From an uncultured virus (IMG/VR IMGVR_UViG_3300034200_001950) (lineage: Duplodnaviria > Heunggongvirae > Uroviricota > Caudoviricetes): DNA of 20,000 nt. Every line of letters begins with the position of its first letter. Position 1 is the stretch's first letter. The stretch is from the IMG/VR virus record IMGVR_UViG_3300034200_001950. The stretch is one strand, 5' to 3'. Of this stretch, positions 15,335-20,000 are shown piece by piece. The position numbers and the translations under genes were made by a program. Under the pieces are notes generated by a model that worked only from the letters and a program-made list of their open reading frames with translations, was not told the origin of the DNA and ran no database searches.

Positions 15335-15484
15335 ACACCTCGGTGTGACGGGTCTCGTACTGAACCAGCAGTGAACTGGGAAGCCGATAGCACGGCAAAG
15401 GTGGGCTCATGACCTACATGCTATACATGGTTGTAAGAACCTAGTCAAGACGACCGATATGCACCGTTGCTGCGAAAGTAGGTC
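15335..15484 (+). ncRNA. Candidate multi-stem RNA in the 3' region of P3
   Basis: Stems ACAC/GTGT, CCAG/CTGG, GCCG/CGGC, and GACCTAC/GTAGGTC enclosing GGTTGT/ACGACC. Confidence 0.45.
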
Positions 15485-15501
15485 GAAATCAAACTTGATG
15501 G

Positions 15502-15539
15502 AGAGGGTAGTCCCTGGCAAGGACTGCCCTCTTTTTATT
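15502..15539 (+). terminator. Conserved hairpin+U-tract repeat, copy 7
   Basis: AGAGGGTAGTCC-CTGGCAA-GGACTGCCCTCTTTTTATT. Confidence 0.8.
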
Positions 15540-15556
15540 GCTTAATACCAAAGTCT

Positions 15557-15631
15557 GCTAGCTTACATAGATTACCGAAATGATATTCTAAACCGGCTAG
15601 CGCCCCCGTGGGGGGCTGGGGAGAAACTCCC
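15557..15631 (+). ncRNA. Structured leader of P4
   Basis: Three adjacent stems: GCTAGC/GCTAGC, GCCCCC/GGGGGC and GGGAG/CTCCC. Confidence 0.4.
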
Positions 15632-15643
15632 TGTATGTCAACT

Positions 15644-15663
15644 ATAAATTACTGGGAGGTAAT
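15644..15663 (+). repeat. Start-associated 20-bp repeat, copy 1
   Basis: ATAAATTACTGGGAGGTAAT, identical at 16180-16199. The SD lies within an ATTAC/GTAAT hairpin. Confidence 0.85.
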
Positions 15664-15666
15664 GAT

Positions 15667-16068
15667 ATGACACAGAAAGTCCAAGTACGGATCTCGACTG
15701 TTGCAATACGCGACGGGAAAGACTCCAAATTCGTAAGCCTCAATATCAGCGATGAGATGTCCCCTGGATATGATCGTCTTCCTGATGCTGAGTTGAAGTC
15801 CTACTCGCTCTCATTAGAGTTGTGGGACAAGTTCAAACTTCACTCTGAGAAATTGGGTGTGAAATGGACTTCGAAGAAGGACAAGAATGGCAAAGCGTAT
15901 CTAACAAGTTCGCCGAAGGTGGTTACATTTGATGTGGCTCTCACTCGGTCCTTGGTAGATTCCGTGAAAGACTTGGATCGTACTACACGTTCCTTGACCT
16001 TGAGCGGTACTGCTGGAAACATTCAAGTGCGTGAACAACGTGCGGGAAATACCGTCAATTTCGATTGA
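15667..16068 (+). CDS. Paralog family protein P4 (133 aa, most divergent)
   Basis: Motifs VRIS, FVSLNISD, GYDRLP, LKSY, LW, PKVV, LSG and QRAGNTVNFD align with P3. Confidence 0.9.
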   Translation: MTQKVQVRISTVAIRDGKDSKFVSLNISDEMSPGYDRLPDAELKSYSLSLELWDKFKLHSEKLGVKWTSKKDKNGKAYLTSSPKVVTFDVALTRSLVDSVKDLDRTTRSLTLSGTAGNIQVREQRAGNTVNFD

Positions 16069-16093
16069 TTCAAGTATTTCTTTACAAATAGTC

Positions 16094-16131
16094 GTGAGTG
16101 TCAGTATGTCTTCGGATGTGCTGACACTCAT
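16094..16131 (+). terminator. 17-bp hairpin with cUUCGg tetraloop, possible terminator or processing site
   Basis: GTGAGTGTCAGTATGTC-TTCG-GATGTGCTGACACTCAT. The T-run is displaced about 8 nt downstream. Confidence 0.55.
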
Positions 16132-16179
16132 TACTCATATTTTTTTGTGTGTAACTCAACTAGATATCCGAAAAATCCA

Positions 16180-16199
16180 ATAAATTACTGGGAGGTAAT
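16180..16199 (+). repeat. Start-associated 20-bp repeat, copy 2
   Basis: Identical to 15644-15663. Confidence 0.85.
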
Positions 16200-16203
16200 T
16201 ACA

Positions 16204-16656
16204 ATGACAAAAATATCCGCAATTCATCCAAACACAATCCTACGTGGAACAAATTCAATTGAGCTATTAACTACATCAACAAATGTAAACTTCGTAAAGA
16301 AAACATTTGAGTGCAGATGGGATCTTGATTCTCTTTGGACTGACCACTTTACCCCTAACGATCAGATTCGTTCAGCATTTGTATACAAGCACGATAAGTT
16401 CAAAGATACATACAATGTACTTATTGTTTTCCTCACTCTTGCGGTTAACAATAGTGGTAAATATATTACAAAAGTTGAACGTAAGAAATATCGAATCAAT
16501 TTAAATTCTAAAGCTATTTGTGTAGCATGGGGCAATAGAAAATCTTTTCCATTAGAATATAGTTTCAATGAAATCGATCTAAATGATTTGAAAGCACAAC
16601 TGTTTGAGATAACATCTGAATCAGCTGTGTTGTTCAAACAGGTAGTTAACACCTGA
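16204..16656 (+). CDS. Hypothetical protein (150 aa)
   Basis: ATG 16204 after GGAGGT RBS, preferred over GTG 16147. Confidence 0.8.
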   Translation: MTKISAIHPNTILRGTNSIELLTTSTNVNFVKKTFECRWDLDSLWTDHFTPNDQIRSAFVYKHDKFKDTYNVLIVFLTLAVNNSGKYITKVERKKYRINLNSKAICVAWGNRKSFPLEYSFNEIDLNDLKAQLFEITSESAVLFKQVVNT

Positions 16657-16752
16657 AAACCCCTCGGTCAGTCCTACCGGGATAAAGTTAATAATGGACA
16701 ACACAAATTCTCTAAGAATAAAGAAACTCATACAAAAGAAAGAAGATAACTT

Positions 16753-16950
16753 ATGTCTGGAATGATATACACAAAAGACGGAAAACTACACGATGTTTAC
16801 GAGATGACTTTGCCTCAAGCAATTCAAGAATTCAGCTCAAGAACAATATCACTAACAGAAATTTGCGAAATGCAAGGTGAAATTATCCAGATTCTATCAG
16901 ATAAAATCATTCACCTAGAAGATCGCCTAACCGCTCTAGAAAGGAGCTAA
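16753..16950 (+). CDS. Small hypothetical protein with C-terminal coiled coil
   Basis: 65 aa, heptad-like ILSDKIIHLEDRLTALE. Confidence 0.75.
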   Translation: MSGMIYTKDGKLHDVYEMTLPQAIQEFSSRTISLTEICEMQGEIIQILSDKIIHLEDRLTALERS

Positions 16951-16952
16951 TA

Positions 16953-17291
16953 ATGACAACTCTAAAAGAGCTCATTAACCATTACTGCGAAGATGAAGAC
17001 GCAGTAATAATCGAAACACTTACAGAGGACATAGCAAACTTGTTATGCGATCCCAATGAAGATGATCTAGATGTCTGGAACGAACGAATTACAAAGTTCA
17101 GTAAAGATATCATTGAGATTCGTTGGAGAGGTTTAAGTGTTAGACGTGGAGTTATGTATGTAACCCGTTCCGAAGGTAATTGGATTGGATTTACAACAGC
17201 AGGAAATGGTACACCTGCCTACATATTCCCAGTCAACGATATTTTCGCGGAAACCATTTATTGGGAAATTCTGTCGAGAACATTGTTGTAA
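16953..17291 (+). CDS. Hypothetical protein
   Basis: 112 aa, AAAGGAG RBS, coupled to the upstream stop. Confidence 0.8.
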   Translation: MTTLKELINHYCEDEDAVIIETLTEDIANLLCDPNEDDLDVWNERITKFSKDIIEIRWRGLSVRRGVMYVTRSEGNWIGFTTAGNGTPAYIFPVNDIFAETIYWEILSRTLL

Positions 17292-17296
17292 AGATC

Positions 17297-17376
17297 CTAC
17301 TTCCCCCAAGTAGAAGACGGAGTTGAGAGCCCCGTACTGTCCCCAACAGTAGAAAGCATTCGTTGCTAGCTCTCCA
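17297..17376 (+). ncRNA. Candidate small RNA with two C-rich-loop hairpins
   Basis: CTACTT-CCCCC-AAGTAG and TACTGT-CCCCA-ACAGTA, plus further short stems, in an intergenic region. Confidence 0.4.
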
Positions 17377-17580
17377 TTTCTCTTATTAGGTAATAATAAA
17401 AAAAATATTAGAACCTGATATAGAGTACCACAAATAATATAATAAATCAACATTGATAACACCAAAGTAATAAATCAAATGCAACAATTATCAATCTTTC
17501 TATAACAAGGAAATAATTAATGTTTGAAGCATTTATTGAATGGGTATTATCAATCTTTATCGGTCCTGAAGGAGGAAACG

Positions 17581-17772
17581 ATGGATACTAATAACGAATA
17601 TGACGAAGAAGAAACAAAAACACCAATCGCTGGCAAAGCAGGCAAACTCACTAAAAGGTTTGTTAAGCTTGGATTAGCCGGCGTAAACAAAGCCAAAGAA
17701 GTTCCAGGTAAAACTGTAACTGCAAGCAAAAAGGGTGCTAGTAGCTTTAAAGAAGGCTACAAAAGCGCATAA
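17581..17772 (+). CDS. Small protein with acidic N-terminus and Lys-rich tail (63 aa)
   Basis: ATG 17581 after AAGGAGG RBS. Confidence 0.8.
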   Translation: MDTNNEYDEEETKTPIAGKAGKLTKRFVKLGLAGVNKAKEVPGKTVTASKKGASSFKEGYKSA

Positions 17773-17859
17773 CACATACAGAAGCGTTGATGATTGCAAA
17801 ATCGTCAACACATCAAAAGTAATAAAACCAATAAATAACCTGAATAGGAGAACAATAAC

Positions 17860-18933
17860 ATGGCATTAGACTATGCTAAATTGGGTTCTACATTCGCCGG
17901 CTTGGAAGCATTTGCTGACAATCCAGAGGCAATGGAGCTCACACGTAATACTATCAACCTTCGGGTTGGTAAACAAACACCATTCAAAGGCACAATCGGC
18001 AACGAAAAGCTGAACGCCTTTGTAACATTGAAGTCGGCAAAGTTGACTCGTCTCAGCTTGCTACGTCAATCCCGTAAGCAACCATCAACTTCAGGTAGTC
18101 CTGACTATTATATCGTAACTGGTGCATTTTCGCCAGTCGATCTAGAAGTCATGATTGAATCTGATGGAGAACTCGTACCATTATATGATGTATGGCGCGA
18201 AATGACAAATGCTTTGGGTAAGACAAAATATGATTCAAACGCCTTCTTGGCTCACTTGACTCGTATTGGCCTCAACTATACCAATGGTGGATTCCCTATC
18301 TACTTCCAGCAAATGGGAGCAGATCCGGATAAAATTGAGTACACACTGAACATGTTCCGTGACCTCGGTGGTTATGATGATGTCGCTGCAATGCAGAAGG
18401 CAACACGTGACTCATCTAAGCCACAACGCATGGAACGTACACTCAAGCATGACACTGGTATTCCAGTAACATTCTTTGAGCTCGGTCAAGTTGATCGTAC
18501 CAAAGTCACTAGTGGACAAGGTTTCGTAGACCTTTGTGATTCAATGAGCGGTCAATTCAACCGTGTAACATCACAACGTCACGATGCTAACGTACTTGCT
18601 CGTGAATTGGAAACTAATACAAACCTTTCAGATAAGAGCATTAAGGAAATCAACGCTAAGATTAAATCTTTGCGCGATCAATCCGTACAATACTCAGCTG
18701 TATGGTCAGGTTCACAACAAATCACTGTAACAAATCCTATCACTAAGGATGTAGAATACAGTGATCGTTTTGCACCAACAAATGCACCTTGTGGTCGCTT
18801 TGACCTACTCGTCGATGGAGAAACAATCAACATTGACCTGTGGAAAAACAGCGTTCGCAACGATGGTAGTGCACCATCAACATCTGTTCCTGCTCTTAAA
18901 ACAATTAGTGCAGATTCAAACCCATTAGGTTAA
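17860..18933 (+). CDS. Hypothetical protein (357 aa), probably highly expressed
   Basis: AGGAG RBS and frequent CGT/GGT codons. No family motif recognised. Confidence 0.9.
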   Translation: MALDYAKLGSTFAGLEAFADNPEAMELTRNTINLRVGKQTPFKGTIGNEKLNAFVTLKSAKLTRLSLLRQSRKQPSTSGSPDYYIVTGAFSPVDLEVMIESDGELVPLYDVWREMTNALGKTKYDSNAFLAHLTRIGLNYTNGGFPIYFQQMGADPDKIEYTLNMFRDLGGYDDVAAMQKATRDSSKPQRMERTLKHDTGIPVTFFELGQVDRTKVTSGQGFVDLCDSMSGQFNRVTSQRHDANVLARELETNTNLSDKSIKEINAKIKSLRDQSVQYSAVWSGSQQITVTNPITKDVEYSDRFAPTNAPCGRFDLLVDGETINIDLWKNSVRNDGSAPSTSVPALKTISADSNPLG

Positions 18934-18951
18934 TTAACTTAATGTAAGAAC

Positions 18952-19043
18952 GTAAGCAAGTATTCCTTACACGCCAGACGAGAAGCGCTGGTAGTAAGGG
19001 ATGCTTGTTTGCAAGTGTCAGGGAGCTCGTCTGTCCCCGTGAT
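18952..19043 (+). ncRNA. Candidate RNA: long hairpin plus second hairpin with complementary loops
   Basis: 19-bp stem 18952-18970/18994-19012. CAGACGAG (18975-18982) is complementary to CTCGTCTG (19026-19033). Confidence 0.55.
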
Positions 19044-19143
19044 TGTAATAGATCAAAAATTGTACGCATTAACAGACCCACTCTCAAATTAAATTAATAC
19101 ACTAAAAAAAAATTATATTCATACATAGACCAAAAGGAAACTA

Positions 19144-19389
19144 ATGGAACAATTGAAAGGACCTAACACACCTTGCATGATCTGTGAAAAAGCCATACTT
19201 TATCTATGGCCTCAACGTGATGCAACTAACTTAAACAGTGCTGTCGATGTATCAATCGCCGGCTATTACGGATCTGACTTTGACACAATGAGATACACAG
19301 GTATCATTTGTGACCATTGTCTAGATTCACTCATACAAAGAAATAAAATTGAATTCATAAAATCAATTTACCAAAACGAAAAGGATTAG
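19144..19389 (+). CDS. Small Zn-finger protein
   Basis: 81 aa, CMIC...CDHC, AAGGA RBS. Confidence 0.8.
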   Translation: MEQLKGPNTPCMICEKAILYLWPQRDATNLNSAVDVSIAGYYGSDFDTMRYTGIICDHCLDSLIQRNKIEFIKSIYQNEKD

Positions 19390-19393
19390 AATA

Positions 19394-19714
19394 ATGAGAA
19401 ACATTACTTTAATTAAAATGATCCCAACCACTGAAAATAAAAGTAATGCTTTATTCCGAATCTCTCCAGGTTTTGTAGAAAAGTATTATGCTAATTCAAA
19501 CAACTTAAAAGCTGTTAATCACATACTAGTTATTGTGATGCTCGAACTAAATGCCATACACGCTTATCCTTGCAACGAAAATGCAGAGATTAAAAACGTT
19601 GACTGGTATTTCGAAGAACCATATACAGATGCAGAAGATTTCTTTAATGCATTCTACGAACTGGTAATCAAAATCAAAAATAAGAAAATTCATACACAAC
19701 AAAGGAACATATAA
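19394..19714 (+). CDS. Hypothetical protein
   Basis: 106-aa ORF directly after the upstream gene, AAGGA RBS. Confidence 0.75.
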   Translation: MRNITLIKMIPTTENKSNALFRISPGFVEKYYANSNNLKAVNHILVIVMLELNAIHAYPCNENAEIKNVDWYFEEPYTDAEDFFNAFYELVIKIKNKKIHTQQRNI

Positions 19715-19715
19715 T

Positions 19716-19829
19716 ATGAATAAGAAAATAACAATAGGAACCTTGATCACTATGTTAGCGTTTACGTTTACATGGGTGTTCAAGAAAGACATCAAAATTG
19801 GATTCATGAAAGGGTGGAACCGGTCATGA
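19716..19829 (+). CDS. Very small membrane peptide (37 aa, MNKKITIGTLITMLAFTFTWVFKK...)
   Basis: AAAGGA RBS, hydrophobic core, ATGA overlap with the next ORF. Confidence 0.55.
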   Translation: MNKKITIGTLITMLAFTFTWVFKKDIKIGFMKGWNRS

Positions 19830-20000
19830 AAAAGTTCTGGCTATGGAACCTCAAGCTTACACCAGCATACCACTTCTCCAAAGGTAAATACGGCAAAGGA
19901 CTACTCCTTCTAGCTGTTAACTTTACAATTGGAGCTGCTATTGCAATGAAAGCTCAAGAAACAAAAAAGAACCCAATCAAATCAAAAACATCAAAAGAAT
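19826..20000 (+). CDS. Small membrane protein, open at the window edge
   Basis: MKKFWLWNLK...GLLLLAVNFTIGAAIAMK..., no stop before 20000. Confidence 0.55.
   Translation, partial: MKKFWLWNLKLTPAYHFSKGKYGKGLLLLAVNFTIGAAIAMKAQETKKNPIKSKTSKE

Noticed and set aside
15365..15385. Cobalamin riboswitch (CTGGGAAG)
   Set aside because: The other conserved elements are absent, and it lies 3' of a gene rather than upstream of a B12-related gene.
13148..15410. Minus-strand ORFs 13148-13603, 13227-13499, 14199-14549 and 14808-15410
   Set aside because: Antisense shadows of the GC-rich paralog genes. RBSs and conservation support the plus strand.
12234..15539. CRISPR array from the 37-bp palindromic repeats
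   Set aside because: Spacing is irregular (about 310-750 bp), the intervals contain genes, and no cas genes are present.
12234..15539. Integron attC cassette array
   Set aside because: The repeats lack RYYYAAC/GTTRRRY ends and there is no integrase in the window.
17318..17376. tRNA (TTCG loop and terminal CCA)
   Set aside because: No canonical cloverleaf: D arm, 7-nt anticodon loop and GTTCRA T-arm are missing.

Overview
A 20-kb segment that looks like part of a large dsDNA phage genome. An actinobacterial host is an inference from a leaderless-type recA promoter and perfect GGAGGTGA RBSs. The left arm (1-11.3 kb, AT-rich, mostly minus strand) carries Gly/Ala-rich putative virion proteins and a large DEDDh-exonuclease-containing protein split into three ORFs by apparent +1 frameshifts. 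It also has a possible small terminase, a ClpB/C-like ATPase with a single AAA ring, recA and small Zn-ribbon genes. After a non-coding strand-switch (about 11.3-11.65 kb) all genes are on the plus strand. The 12.2-16.1 kb part is GC-richer and is an array of single-gene cassettes separated by seven copies of a conserved hairpin+U-tract. It encodes four paralogous proteins of 133-141 aa (possibly OB-fold), each preceded by a structured non-coding leader. Two leaders are 169/170 identical while their proteins are about 84% identical. Several more candidate structured RNAs lie nearby. This RNA-plus-paralog cassette array is the most novel element.
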